NCBI GenBank assembly: GCA_965649825.1
Contig: OZ287710.1
Location: 248,001-312,000, forward strand
Reading direction: 5' to 3'
DNA from: Penicillus capitatus
Taxonomy: Eukaryota > Plantae > Chlorophyta
Length of the DNA stretch: 64,000 nucleotides
Part shown: one piece after another, positions 37,208 through 50,260 of the stretch
Layout: each line of letters begins with the position of its first letter
Numbering within the stretch: position 1 is the stretch's first letter
The notes under the pieces: generated by a model
Database searches by the model: none
Seen by the model: only the letters and a program-made list of their open reading frames with translations
Told to the model about the DNA's origin: nothing
Program-made: the position numbers and the translations under genes

Positions 37208-39664
37208 ATGGTCCGGTTCGCTCTGCGCAGTGTTCGACAAGGATGCCTGCACTGTGCATCCATCTCAATCGACGTTCCTTTCGCATTTTTGCGCCTTTAT
37301 TCCTCGACGGAAAGATTACATGGTCGTCGCGGTGTTGTTGGGCGCGTTGCGGCACCTCGTCCTTTGTCTGCCGTACGCGTGAAAGACGAAAAGCCCTTGT
37401 ACACGGACGATGCATGGTCTGCGATTGTCCGGAACGGAAGAGTGGATACCAAAGGTGTCGAAGATTACCTTGCTAAGCTCTCAGACACACAGAGACATGC
37501 AGCAACGGTGTCTGCGAAGGTGATCCGGGTGATCGCGGGTCCAGGAAGTGGTAAGACGCGTGTGTTGATTTCCCGAGTGGCCACGCTGCTGTCGCAGTAT
37601 ACGTCTCCAGATCGCCTTCTCTTGCTGACCTTCACCAACAAAGCGGCCAATGAGATGCGCGATCGACTGGAGACGCTTTTTCCCAGAGGTGCTTTGCTCG
37701 ACAAAATCTGGTCCGGTACATTTCACTCAACGGCGGCGAAGATGTTGCGGCGTGAGATGGAGCGATTGAAGGATGGGAGAACATCGACTTTTCGCATCAT
37801 CGACGAAGATGAATCGTACGAGATCATCGCACGGATCGTCGCAAAGATGGAGGACCACGAATCCATCATCCTGCCATCCGATTCTCGTGCGATGCAAAAA
37901 GAAAAGAGAGAAGCCAATGCCCAGTTAAGAAAAGAAATCCGGGAGAAGACGAAAGACCTCGCGAAACGCATCGCACGGGTCAAAGAGTCGTTGGTGACGA
38001 CACATCGGCTGACTGGGAGAGAAGCCGGAAGGCAGTTCGTGCTGCAGGCTGATATGCAGGAGCCGCAGAGGCATTGGTACGAGAATGACAGTTTTGTCCG
38101 ATGCTTTGATCAATATCATGCGTATCTCCGAGAACAGAACCTGGCGGATTTTGGCGATCTAACCAGCTGTATGAATTACCTGCTGAGACATGACAATGTC
38201 GTGCGGCAGAAATACAGAGGAAGATTTGAGCACATCTTGGTCGATGAGATGCAGGACACCAATCTCCCTCAGTACGAGTTTCTTCGTCTGCTGCTCGGGA
38301 GCTGTCGAGAGATGGAGAAGGGCAGAAGTTCGCTGTTCGTTGTGGGTGACCCGAATCAGTCCATCTACAGTTTTCGAGGAGCGCAAACTGCGAATCTGAA
38401 CAAATCTCTCGAGCAAGACTATGCAAAACTCATGACGACGATTCTCCTTGTCGAAAACTACCGATCCGTAGCAGACATCGTCCAGACATTGGGCAGAGTG
38501 GTGAAAAGACTTCTCCCAAGTGCATTGTACCGTGAGATGATCATTCAGAGAAAAGATGAAAATGAGAGAAGAGTGTGTGTGAGAATGTTGCGAAGCGATC
38601 GCGAAGAAGCGGCCTTTGTCAGTGACGCCATCAAAGACTTGACAGAAAACAAGGGCTACAGCTTCGATCAGATCGCTATCCTCTACAGAGTCCACAAGCT
38701 CAGTTTTCGTTATGAGAGCGAACTGCAGAGGCAGCAGATTCCGTTCTCTGTAAAGGGTCAGTCCTTCTGGGATAAGGCAGTCGTGAGAGACTGTGTTGCT
38801 TATCTGCGTTTTGTCATCAATCCAGGCGATTTCAATGCTTTTGAACGTATCTACAATGTTCCGTCTCGTGGTATTGGCGAGACGACGCATAATAATATCC
38901 AAGTCTTCTGTGAGACGGAGGGTCATAAGTTTCCTCAGTACTTAGTGGAGGATGTGATGGATGCTGATACGACAGCTCTGTCCGTTGAAGAGGTGAAGAT
39001 TCCACAGCTGGAGTTGCCAAAGAGCGCAAAGGTGACCAAAAAGGCACAGGACGGAATTCAGGCACTGCGCCAGATATTTGTTTTCTTGCGTTCTGCTGCC
39101 AGAAGAGGCCGACCTGACGCTGTACTCGAAACGTTGTTGACAGACGGCGGCTATCGTGATTACGTTTCGAGAAATTCCAATAGCTCCACAGACGACAAGA
39201 AAATCGCCAAGAAGCTGAGTGCACTGGAGGAGTTGAAAGAAGCCCTTCAGTCTATGCAGAGATTGGACAGTTCGACCCATGCCATCGGTCTCGATGCCCT
39301 GACGAAGTTAATCCAGGATGCATCTCTGATGCGAGATGTCGGAGACGAGAACGAAGACGACGGCGTGCAGCTCATGACCATCCATGCAGCAAAGGGACTG
39401 GAATTCAAGGCCGTATTCTTGGTCGGATGTGAGGAAGGCATCTTCCCTCTGCCGGATGAAACGAACAATCAAGAAGATGAAGAGCGATTGATGTTTGTCG
39501 CTGTCTCGAGGGCACAGGATTTCTTATATATCACCCACGCACGAGAAAGGTTCTCTTCTTATCTGGGCCGAGCTGCTATGCGGTATCCGTCTCGTTTTCT
39601 GGAATCCGTTTGTGGAAGCAATGGCCACAGCGTGAGCCCTTTCACACGAAGCCAGGCATTCTAG
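37208..39664 (+). CDS. UvrD/PcrA/Rep SF1A DNA helicase, intronless, with transit-peptide-like N-terminus
   Basis: AGPGSGKT, LTFTNKAA, GTFHS, LVDEMQD, VGDPNQSIYSFRGA, NYRS, LMTIHAAKGLEF, LMFVAVSRA. Confidence 0.95.
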   Translation: MVRFALRSVRQGCLHCASISIDVPFAFLRLYSSTERLHGRRGVVGRVAAPRPLSAVRVKDEKPLYTDDAWSAIVRNGRVDTKGVEDYLAKLSDTQRHAATVSAKVIRVIAGPGSGKTRVLISRVATLLSQYTSPDRLLLLTFTNKAANEMRDRLETLFPRGALLDKIWSGTFHSTAAKMLRREMERLKDGRTSTFRIIDEDESYEIIARIVAKMEDHESIILPSDSRAMQKEKREANAQLRKEIREKTKDLAKRIARVKESLVTTHRLTGREAGRQFVLQADMQEPQRHWYENDSFVRCFDQYHAYLREQNLADFGDLTSCMNYLLRHDNVVRQKYRGRFEHILVDEMQDTNLPQYEFLRLLLGSCREMEKGRSSLFVVGDPNQSIYSFRGAQTANLNKSLEQDYAKLMTTILLVENYRSVADIVQTLGRVVKRLLPSALYREMIIQRKDENERRVCVRMLRSDREEAAFVSDAIKDLTENKGYSFDQIAILYRVHKLSFRYESELQRQQIPFSVKGQSFWDKAVVRDCVAYLRFVINPGDFNAFERIYNVPSRGIGETTHNNIQVFCETEGHKFPQYLVEDVMDADTTALSVEEVKIPQLELPKSAKVTKKAQDGIQALRQIFVFLRSAARRGRPDAVLETLLTDGGYRDYVSRNSNSSTDDKKIAKKLSALEELKEALQSMQRLDSSTHAIGLDALTKLIQDASLMRDVGDENEDDGVQLMTIHAAKGLEFKAVFLVGCEEGIFPLPDETNNQEDEERLMFVAVSRAQDFLYITHARERFSSYLGRAAMRYPSRFLESVCGSNGHSVSPFTRSQAF

Positions 39665-39762
39665 CCCCCTTCTTAGTATTGCCTCCACGAAACAACGTTG
39701 TTGGATCCATGGGTGGAAAAGTGTGGCATAAAGTGGCCGTCACATGATACAGTTTGACATGA

Positions 39763-41281
39763 CTATGACGTCTCTCGCAGTTTTGCTTCGATCCGGGTGA
39801 CGATCTCAAGCCACTGTCTTGTCAAACGTTTCTGAATCGAACGATAGACGATATTGGCTTGATTGGAATGCGGTTTCTTAAGACTCTCAATATCACTCTC
39901 CAAAGGGCCTGTTCCTGCACTCCCCTCCAGGCTGTCGCGGTGCCATTCCAGTAGCTGCTTCAGCCTGGAGACCTTGTCCAACAAAGGTACTGTTGATCCC
40001 AACGTACGCTCGTCTGAACTCGGGACAAGCATTTCCAGCACCTCCCACGCTTCTGAGGAAATCCATGCTTCGACTTGTGCTGCAGATGGTTTCTCTTTCG
40101 ATTTGAGCTTGATCGAATTGACAGCGTCTCTTCCTGGAAGAATGATAGAGGGCAGGACTTGACGTGCCTCCCAATTCTCCAAAGGAATCCTGAGCTGATC
40201 GTATGGATTCACATCGAGGACGAAACCGTAGAGGAAGAGGAATTCTTCATTCGATCGATCGCCATAGCTGATCGTCAGTTCTGTCCTCTTTCGCAGTCGC
40301 TGTCCTTGATTCAGCATCTTGACGTCGTAAAAGCACCTGCCTTCACGCCAAGCAGCCTGCCAACTGCATCCATACCCTCTGAGCAAGGAAACCCGAAAAG
40401 AGTGAGATGCCTACGTGCAGTTTGGATCGGAAGAGTGATTGAAGAAATCCAGTCCGGGAATGATACCAAGACACGGGGCCGTTCCTCCAGCCGCCGCATG
40501 CGGAATCTCCATTGCCCTTGACCAGACCACCGCAATCGCCCACATAAAATCGGTCGAACTCAGATTCCATCGTGGCGATATACCTGTCACACGTCTTTCC
40601 ATACACATGGCAGCGAACGTCATGAACCTCACCGAGTTTTAGGAAGAGACTTCCCAACGAGCGCTCGATATTCTCCCAACAGGCAAACATGTCATCTTTC
40701 ATCTGTTCAGCCGCCATCATCAACGACGTCCCTTTCAGTTCTTGAAGCTTAGAGAGAGGGTATGTCAAGGGTGTCTGGATTCTGAGGGGTAACATCTGAA
40801 TCCATTCATTCCATTGAGAACGCTCCTTAAGCTTCTTGTGGATGAGAATGTACAAAGCCAGAACGACAGCGGGGGAGAGATTAAATTCCTCATACATTTC
40901 GTAGAGGTCACGTCCGATCAACGGATCGGCAAAGGGCGTCTCGATTGTCAAAACGATGTCGCAGGGGAAGGAAGCCACGGTGTTCGAAATCTTCTCCCCC
41001 ATCACACGCAGAGCCCATGATTGATTTGAGGTTGGATGCAGGAAGACACCATTGGAATCGCATATCTGCTGCCACACGTGATGATGGGGAATGAGATATG
41101 GGGACCGTACGTTTGAGGGCGAAATGCGTAATCTCTCAACAATGGCACCTTTGCTCGTCAACCATTGCCAGAATACCTCCCGTTGTCTCGCCACGCTGTT
41201 TGTAGAGAGAACGCCTGCGATGAGTGAGCATGCTGATGCTGCGCATGCCAGAGCCAGAGCTGCACCGTTCGCCCACGACAT
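39763..41281 (-). CDS. SET-domain protein of the Rubisco LSMT/SETD3-like class
   Basis: FWQWL..G, SQWNEWIQMLP, FMWAIAVVWSRA, IIPGLDFFNH, ISYGDRSNEEFLFLYGF; an alternative upstream ATG exists at 41416. Confidence 0.85.
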
Positions 41282-41332
41282 GTCATCAACGGAACGAATC
41301 GAGACATTAACCGCTATCCCGTGGTTTTCTCG

Positions 41333-41689
41333 ATGTCTGCGTTGATCACGCGGCTCTGCGCCGCCTCTTCCGATAACTACGGCTGGACATTTGAGAAAAC
41401 GAAAAGAAATGGCCATCGAGACAAGAGAGTGAGAACTCTGCCACTGAAGAGCATTAACCGACCGCTGAAGAAGACACGAGCGAATGACCCAAAGAAAGTG
41501 GAGGCTTTGATGAAGAGCATCGCCGAAATTGGATTACAAGAGCCAATAGATGTTTTGGAGGTGGAGGGTATGTACTACGGTTTCTCTGGATGCCATCGTT
41601 TCGAAGCCTGCGAGCGACTGAACATGGAAACCATTGACTGTAGAGTGCGCAAGGCCACAAGAGCCACACTCAGAATGCACCTCATGTAA
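41333..41689 (+). CDS. SRX: Sulfiredoxin
   Basis: PIDVL...YYGFSGCHRFEA signature, KVEALMKSI, LRMHLM end. Confidence 0.93.
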   Translation: MSALITRLCAASSDNYGWTFEKTKRNGHRDKRVRTLPLKSINRPLKKTRANDPKKVEALMKSIAEIGLQEPIDVLEVEGMYYGFSGCHRFEACERLNMETIDCRVRKATRATLRMHLM

Positions 41690-41771
41690 TGAGAAGAGTC
41701 AACGCGGACAAGTGCGTGCAAGAGGTGTACCCGAGCGGCAGATGGATGAGCAGGCGTTGTCGAAAAGGGGA

Positions 41772-42938
41772 TCACGAAAGAGCTGCTGAGTTTCGGTCGG
41801 AATGCATCGGCGAAGCGATGATGGTCGCTGTTCGGATGGCGGCGAAGAGGCTGATAGCTAAGATCGGGCCAAGAAGCGTTCCTCCAATCATGGCAGCAAC
41901 TCCCTGCCACCTAACAGCATCCATCACAGCACAGGTAGGTAGGTGTCATACAACACACGTGACTTTACCTGTAAAGGCGGCGAAGAGTGATCGTGATCGA
42001 CAACACAGTCATCAGGTGCGCCGAAACAAAAACGAGATGCCACTCCTTTCTGCCAGTACTTTAGCACAAAACAGTAGATACGTTGACTGCCAAAGAGATA
42101 TTTACCTGCTCGTCTCGCTGAGATAGTGAATGAGAGAGGAAAGCGCCAGAGCACACGCGACAAGGATGCTTATCCCGATAGAGATCTCCAGAAAAACTGA
42201 ACATCCATCGCATTGGCACTGTTGGCGTATGCGCTGCTTCTGCTTACGGATGTAGAGGATGACAAGGACGAGAAACGTCAGAAGGGATGGTAGCAATCCA
42301 TAGATAAAGAATTCGACAAACGCTTCTGGCACCGGCGATTCTGTCGTGACAGAGTCATCCGCCGATTCGGCCGCCTCCCCATCTTCGTCAAACCGAAAAC
42401 CTTCGCGATGCGTCGCATCGATCTTGTTCTGTAGCCGTCTGCACAGATCCGATATCGATATTGTCGCGGAGGGCATACAGAAACGGACGTTCGAAATCGT
42501 TCGGGAAGATTTCGGACCTGTGCGCCGCAGATCTCACAGGAAAGACGGCGCTTTAGACGAAACCATTTCATCGCGCAGTGCAGATGGACGACATTGAGTC
42601 CATCCAGACATCTGCATGACTGCTGTCCATGCTTGAGAGAGATGGTTGGTGTACTTGCAGCCGAGTCGAATGGCACTGCCGCTGTCGAAATCTGATGCGT
42701 GGATCGCTTCCAGACAGATTCGACAGCAGGCGTCGCCCTTATCGTCGATCGCGTCTCCGTCTACCGACACGGTGAAGGACGGAGATGCGTTTCGCTGTTC
42801 TTCCGAATCGGCGCAGGCAGACGAAAACGATAAGACGGAGGATGCCTCGTCCGAGGTCTCCGCCACATCGCTCTGGGAAAACACCGGTAATTGCTCGACG
42901 GTTATCGCAGTAGCGTCGCCGCTGTCGTTGTTCTGCAT
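41772..42938 (-). CDS. RING-CH (MARCH-type) membrane E3 ligase
   Basis: CRICL...LGCK|CLDGLNVVHLHCAMKWF...CEIC, followed by about four hydrophobic segments over spliced exons. Confidence 0.8.
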
Positions 42939-43118
42939 AGATGCCGACGAGAACGTGAAAAGGGAATTGACACACGGCTATGGAACGCATCGACATTTCC
43001 TGCGATGGACGTCTCCTCTTGTGGATGCCAACGCACGTCGCGTACATGCGACAATGATGTGACAGGTAAGGATGGCGCGCGTGCCCTCGCTTTGGGCGGC
43101 GTCAGCACTGCCATCATT

Positions 43119-46100
43119 TTACACTTTCTTCGCGAGTGTCCTCTGTTTTGTCGCGCTTTCGACGACCTTCTCCTGTACGACGAGTCCCTTGCGCTTGCGC
43201 ACAGCGAAGATGAGATTTCGAGCGAGATTAACGAATTCGCTATTCGCCTCGTCTCCAAACTCTTCGCGCTCTTCTTCCGTCTTCGGTACGAAAAAGGGAT
43301 CGACCGGGAGTCGCTCCCAATGACTTAAGAGAACGCTGCAGCTCGCTGCTCCACTCGATTTGCTCCGCAGTTCGTCGGCCAGACCAAAAGACGCTTCGAC
43401 AGGGAGATACGCATGGACGACAAAAACATCGGCACCTTCACGCAGCTCCTCACGCAAAATCCGTCCCCGTCGGCGAGAGATAACGGAATAGACACCCGAA
43501 AGGAACTCAGCAGACGTCGAAATCTGACAGAGATACAAAGCCTCGACGAGTCGTGGATTCGCTTCCATGAGTGCTTGACGGCAACAGGATTTCACAACCG
43601 TCATGATCTACACCAGTCCGTCTCACCAAAGAGTGATACTCAGGAATCCGCACGTATACCTGTCCGTGAAAGGGACCGTATACCTCTTCGCCAAAATCGG
43701 GTTCCTTGGAATTGCCATTGACATCTAGTGTTTGATTGAGTTGAGCATCGATGTCAAAAATGACACCCCACATGGGCTCATCGCATAGAGGGCCTAAAAA
43801 CAGGCACAGCGGTTTCGTTGGAGTTATGGGAAGCGTTGGAGTGACCTGCGGCGGTGGCTAATTGAAATCCGGCAATGAGACCGGACTCTAGATCTCGGTA
43901 GATTCTGGCGGAGAAGGGAAGCGCCTCTGGTGGAGATTCGTCACACGTCTGGACGAGTCCCAGCTGCCGGGCAGCGTCAGGAACTCGAAACTTGACAAGC
44001 TTCTTTTCCACTGGCACCTGAGAAAGACGATCCGCTACAGCGATCGCCGTTTAAAAGACCAAACCTCGATAGCAACGGCACTCCGAGATTGCGTATCTTC
44101 GTCGTCCTCTTCGCTTGCTATTTCGGACTGGATGCCGTTTTGCTTGGCGGATAGAGTGGCTGTTGGCGCAAGGGTCGCTGCGGGTCGACGAATACTACGC
44201 TTCTTATCCAAGAGTACAATATTCGTGAGCGATGGATCGAAGAGAGATGGACTGTCCACATTCGATGTCATAAGAAGATTGGGTCCGATTCTCTTCGGTC
44301 CCAGAAACCAGATCCTCTGTTTACACGCACACAATATCACCTAACAAGCATCCATCAGTAGCTCACCTGTAATAATTGCTGAATGGGTAACGGAAGTTCT
44401 CTGACAGTGTCCTGCAGCTTTGCTATAAATTCTTCGCTCCCTGCGGTGGATCTGTGGACAAGAAGTTGCTGAAGGGTCTCTTCGTTTTCTGACAGCAGAT
44501 TCGACAAAGACTCTGCATCCACATCACTCTTTGCGGAACAAGATGATGCATGTCTATCATACCCGGCAAGGGCCGTGCTCGGACGCGAATGTCACATGCG
44601 CCAGTGGGTGTGGATGCCTCCACGATTTTCGATTCCTCCGCGTCCGTTTCTTCTTCTGCATCAATGACCGATTCGCGAAAGGCGACAAGAGGTGGAGACA
44701 CCTAAAGGACTCGGATACGATACGGCAGATGATGTCTGCGACTGGGTCTTACCTCCAACTCGATCATGGCATAGCGCTCTTTCAGGTCTTTTAGACATGT
44801 GAGGAGATGCACCTCTCCTGCTGCAGCAATAACGTGTTCTCCTGTTGAGAGGATCTCCACTTCGACAAAGGGATCTGCTTTGCCGAGAAGTCGGAGACCT
44901 TTCTCCAGCTTTGTCAGTTCAGAAGGCAGGGCCGGTTCAACGGCAACACGTACGATGGCTGCACACTGAAACGTCATCGAAACAAGGGGCGCCGAGAATG
45001 GACAGCTCGACAGCGTTGCAGACTTGTGCACCACCTCATCCAGCCCTTCAATGGCCAATACATTTCCAGCAGGAACTTCCTAGATCGCAATGTCTGTAGA
45101 CAATCGGCGATCGTCATGGATAACAGACAGACTTTGAGAGATTCTAAGCCGCGTCCCATCATGAGATAGAGATTGCCCAGTACTGCGGTCTGCCTGTGTC
45201 GGGTGCACGGCTCCGATGGATCATAAGCTGCGGATAGCACATGAATGCGCAGCCCGCGGCGAGCAATGCCACTGAAAACACGGCCAAACGCCAAGAAGAC
45301 ATCGCCTGTCTCTCTTCTCCTCTCGACCTCTCTGATCCACAGCTCTGTATTCATATCAAAGGAGAAGTCGACGAGCGCGACCTTGGAAACCAGGAAGCAT
45401 CGACAGCAATCATTTTGGAAATGTATATGATGCACGGAGCGGCCTCTTCGCTGCTGGAGAGCTTCAGACTTTCTGTCACATCTTCGTAATGCTGCTGGTT
45501 TCTATTGGAGAGACGGGCTCCGAATTTGTCTTTGCTGGACAACAGATGCGTCATGCGCAAAGACGCAGCATCCTACACCCGCACATCAACAGCGACAACG
45601 GGCGAGTGCTTTACTGACCTTTGGACTGGGCAAATGATGGATAACCATCGACAGAATCGCTTCAGACAGAGGAAGCCACGCCGACATTACAGCCTAGAAA
45701 CACGCCTCCCCTCCGTTTCGCTCGAGCACCACTGTGCGGACCTTGAATGACTGCTTAACGTCTTTTGAGAGCAACGGTCTGGTCGCATCTGCCTGGAGAT
45801 TGCGCCCCTTGATGATCTTTCCCAAGATCGCCATATAGTCGACATCCGTTTCGAGAGCCGTGTATGCCTACTGCCACGAGATTGTGTCAGAAACGGCAGC
45901 CGGAGCGCGCGATGCACAAACATTGTAGAGTGGTTCCAGAATGAACTGAACGAACATGGGTTTCTGTACCTTCACTCCCGTTCCCTGTTTGATCTTCGCG
46001 ACGGACTTGGTCTTGGACTGATAGTGGTAGTCGCCCCACAGCGCTTTGTTCAGTGCCGTGACATTGGCACCCAACTTCTCAGCATACATCTCTGCAAACT

Positions 46101-47031
46101 GCTGAATCCTGAAGCCCCATCCATCGATCGCACTGCCGAAAGCAACATTGCCTTTGATAGGACTAAATGCATCAGCTTCACGGAGTCCCCAATTTCCTTC
46201 CAGCACATCCGTCGACTGTTCGTTTGCTGCATCTTTTGCCTCTTCATGCGCAAGAACGGCATTGGCTTCTGTTAAGTACTGTTCCGATTCGAAGGTGCTC
46301 ATAATCAAATTGACATCGCTCACAATCTGCTTGAGACGTATGTATGTCTCCGTTGGTGTCATCTTGAGCGACACAATGAGTCGGTCAATCTTGTTGATGA
46401 CAAGACAGGGATGAACCTAATCCATAAGCCACAGCGCAATGACTGAACGAGGCCTGTGTGTTGTGACACACTTTTTCATCCCACGCTTGTCTCAGGACCG
46501 CATGGGTTTGGATACAGACACCTTCGACGGCATCCACAATCACCAGACAACCGTCGGTTAACCGGGCAGCCGTAGATACTTCGCTGCAGAAGTCCACGTG
46601 TCCCGGAGAATCGATGAGATTAATCAAGAACCCTTTCTCTACGGTCTTATCTGCCCCTTGGTCATCCTCATGCACACATCCCGTCTGACAAAGTGTGATC
46701 CGATGACTGGTCACACTTTTTGCGGTGCTGGATAGACGAGAGAGATGGAACTGGATTTCATAGTGATGCCGCGGATTTGTTCGTCTTCTCGTGAATCGAG
46801 GTAACGCAGCTCTCCCACGAGTTTTGGATGGATGAGGCCATTGGAAGCGATGAGGTTGTCTGATAGAGTGGTTTTGCCATGGTCCACATGGGCCAAGACA
46901 CTGATGTTGCGAATGCGTTCCTGTAAGAGTGTCGTGCAGAAAGAGGTCGAGAGTGCATTGAACACACTTGGCGTCTTTGGAGGCGGCGCAGCACTTCGGT
47001 GGGCACCTGCATCGTTTCCCAAGATGTCCAT
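43119..47031 (-). CDS. EFL1: Elongation factor-like GTPase 1 (EFL1/RIA1)
   Basis: [62 protein letters not shown]...SHW, VRKRKGL...[11 protein letters not shown]. Confidence 0.95.
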
Positions 47032-47045
47032 TAATTCTCGACGCT

Positions 47046-47852
47046 TCAGTCATTTAATGAAACAATCGTATAGACGTCGCTTCGCTGAAAGGCAGGACGA
47101 ACGTCGCAACTGTGTGTCGCATTCTGTTTTGCTGTCGGCGATGTCGCTGGCGACCCATGGCGCGACAGCGGAAGCGCACGGATCGCATTGTTAAGTCCAT
47201 CGCTGTCTGAACAATGCGCAAGGCATGCGTCGTCCTCGCGGTCGTTCATTGAACACATAGCTTCCCCGTGCTTCCGAAAGCAACGTTTCATGATACACTT
47301 TGAGTCTGAAACATGATGTGGTCCGCTTGTTTGTCTCATGTTGTTTCTTGTAAGCTCCCTCAAAAATGTTCCCAGTTGTCCGATCAAGCGACGGGGTCCT
47401 TGTCCATTCCGGATGCAATGGATCTCTTCGTCTTTCTGGCTCTCAGTACAACACCAAGTCTGTAGGGTACATTTCGAATCTCCTTTTGTCTTTCTCTTCG
47501 TGAAAACGCATAGTCCTCTCGCGCGATGGACATCGCAAATGCAAGATCTTCGCCTAAAGACAGGGTGAGTGGGCAGATGCAATTCCCCTGTCCATACACG
47601 AGTGGGTGGACCTTGCTGCGCGTTGCGCCTCATACAGTCGTCATACGACGACAACGCCATCTCCGTAGTACACGCATTCTTCGCCTCCTCTTGCGTCACA
47701 CTGGAAACGTGACTCTTAGGACAGAGTTCGCTACAAGCGACGTGAACAGAAACGCCAAGTACATAGAGCGACGACGTCCCACTCGGTCTCGTGTTACGTA
47801 AAGTGCCAAGGCCGATCCGACGCAGCGGTCCGTTAGCGTCCTTGCAACACAA
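47046..47852 (-). CDS. Unknown cysteine-rich protein (true start unresolved)
   Basis: 268-codon open frame with about 14 Cys in the last ~220 aa; no family recognised. Confidence 0.45.
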   Translation of the reverse strand: MCCKDANGPLRRIGLGTLRNTRPSGTSSLYVLGVSVHVACSELCPKSHVSSVTQEEAKNACTTEMALSSYDDCMRRNAQQGPPTRVWTGELHLPTHPVFRRRSCICDVHRARGLCVFTKRKTKGDSKCTLQTWCCTESQKDEEIHCIRNGQGPRRLIGQLGTFLRELTRNNMRQTSGPHHVSDSKCIMKRCFRKHGEAMCSMNDREDDACLAHCSDSDGLNNAIRALPLSRHGSPATSPTAKQNATHSCDVRPAFQRSDVYTIVSLND

Positions 47853-48428
47853 CGCTACACGGAAGAGACGGTTTATACAACGGTCACATCATATGCTAGA
47901 ATGCAGAGGATTCTAGGCAGACACTCTTGACGAATACGCATCGCCGACACCTGAACGATTTCGACGCGATCTCCGTGGCGCGGTGTTTTTGTCAAAGGCG
48001 CATTTTCAATGAACGAGACCCAATCGCATCAGCATCTCTCTCTAGCTCACCACCTCTGCATCTATAACAGTGATGCCATGTACCACGGAATGCCGATGTA
48101 CAAACAGAGCGGCACATTCAAACATGACCCCGCCGAAAAACGCCTCGTCCGTCCAGAGAAGAAAGACCGTCTCCAGGATCCAGAAATGGGCGTCCTGCGT
48201 GAGCCGTCATCCCAATTTGCATCCCAGTACTGTGCCGCGTGCGTGAAGAGGGTCAGAGATGTCCAGCAACGAATCTCGATGTCATCATGACTTCGAAGAT
48301 GTCCATCATTCGCCATCGACGCCGTCTCGTGCGTAGGCATGTCGCCGATGAGCCATGCACGTACCTACCCACATCCTTTCTTTCTCCCTCCTTCCTGTTT
48401 CTTCACTTATCCTTTCATTCATCGAAAG

Positions 48429-49714
48429 ATGGCGTCTGAAAAAAGCAAAACACCAGTGAAGAAAAAACGTATCGCGCCGCAGAAAGAAGCTCCATTGCCC
48501 GTCGTGGCGTCCCTCCCTGAAGACATCATCGCTGCGAGCTTCCACGACGATCACAACAACGCAACGACCTCGACGGCGGGAGGGGCGCAACACGGCATTT
48601 CTATAAACATTCGCCAAACGCCGATGGTCAACATACATTCCGTAAACCCCTTCTTCCATGTGCATCTCCTTCGACCACGTCCCACGTTGAGCAGATACTC
48701 AAAGAACGTGGATGGACCTGGCGTGAAGCTCCCTCGAAAGATACCGAAGTCTCGTGCGCTTGTTCGATGGTCTGCATGACGTGTGTACGTACAGAGTCCG
48801 CAGAATGCTGGAGGGGGGCTTCGGACACAAGTCGATGTCGTCAAACGCGTCCTGGAACGCCAGACACGTCTCTTCCAGGTTCGTGCCACTCGACAGCGAT
48901 CCGTGGGGTCTTAATGAGAACGCGTTCATTCTATTGTAGGTCCGTGATGCATTGTCGGCATCGGAGTCAGAGATTTCGGACAGTGGAGAAGACGAAGAGA
49001 GCGACGTGCCGTCGGAAATGGAGGCGACAGACGACGATGATTCCATGAGTGGCGGCGGCAGTGGCGGCGGCAGTGGCGGCGGACCATCTTCCCCCAAAGA
49101 ACCGATCGTCGATCCAGTAACACAGGTCTGTACTGAGCAACCGTCCGTCGGGTGGGTAAAGAGAGATGCTTTAGGCAGAGACGGAGGCCAAGGGCGAAGA
49201 GGCGTTGGAAGAGGCTTTGGATGAGGAACAGGAAGAGGAATGGGGATTGAAAAACATAGGCGATTACGATCTGGAAGACGATTTTATTGACGACAGCGAA
49301 GTGCTGCACTATCTTGATAACATCACAAAGAGGACGAAGTTCTCGGGGTTCTATATCCATAAAGTGTGGCACATGACAGTGGTGATGTGACGTGTGGATG
49401 TGTGATGTGGACAGGGTCCACTGAAAACGTTTGATGCATCTGCCGAGCAGAAGCCGACACGTGGACACGCAAAGAAACCAAAGGGAGAGGGCAAAAGCAA
49501 AAACGAGGAGACACAGCCGCCGAATACTCAGGCCAAACAGAAAACGGCTGCCACAAAGGCAAGAGATGGTCTTTTTGATCTGTGCACGCGTGATCTGCTG
49601 TTCTGCATTGACTAGACGAAGAAGGTGCTGCAGAAACGTCCACTGCCCCGTGTCGAAAAGAGCGATGCTGCACCAGAAGAGCCAGCTGTTTCTGCGACTG
49701 CTGCAGAGAAGTAG
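48429..49714 (+). CDS. HPC2/ubinuclein-like (HUN domain) protein
   Basis: YDLEDDFIDDSE...KFSGFYIHK|GPL matches the HUN pattern; acidic, Gly-rich linker. Confidence 0.78.
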
Positions 49715-50260
49715 ATCTTCTAGGGTCATTCTGTATCAATAAGGACGCGTCCTTCTGCCTTTGTGGAGCAGAGGAGAAACCTGTACAGTTCCGTCGTTTG
49801 TTTGTGGAGATGATACTGCACAGATATAGTACATATGTAAAATTAGTTACAAGGCAGCGTGCACAAGGGTTTACCAAAATCAGTGTCAATGTCAACCAAA
49901 TGCATCGCAGAATCGATTGCGTGTGTCAAACAGAAGGCCCATCCGCAACAACCGTCAAGAAGAAAACTCTTGTGCACTGCTCCAAAAAGACCAACATCCA
50001 GTTACGTCCTCACATTCATCATTTTATTTCCATCAAGGCGAGGTCGGTCATCATTTATTGCCGTCAATACCAGGGTCAAATCAAACAGATGTGCATCGGA
50101 AGTCATTGAGGTCTTGGTTGTCTTTGTGCGAAAATCATTGTTTCTTGATGAAATCACAGAAATCAAAAGTCCTTAACCGTTTCATCTCCACAGGTCTCCT
50201 CCTCCACGTATACATTGTTCACGCTTCGTTGAGATCTGAACAACGGCGAAAATGGCCAGA

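Noticed and set aside
48009-48340. ORFs on both strands upstream of the HUN gene; possible first exons of the Cys-rich gene or a SAWADEE-like match
   Set aside because: Could not be joined unambiguously, and the similarity was too weak
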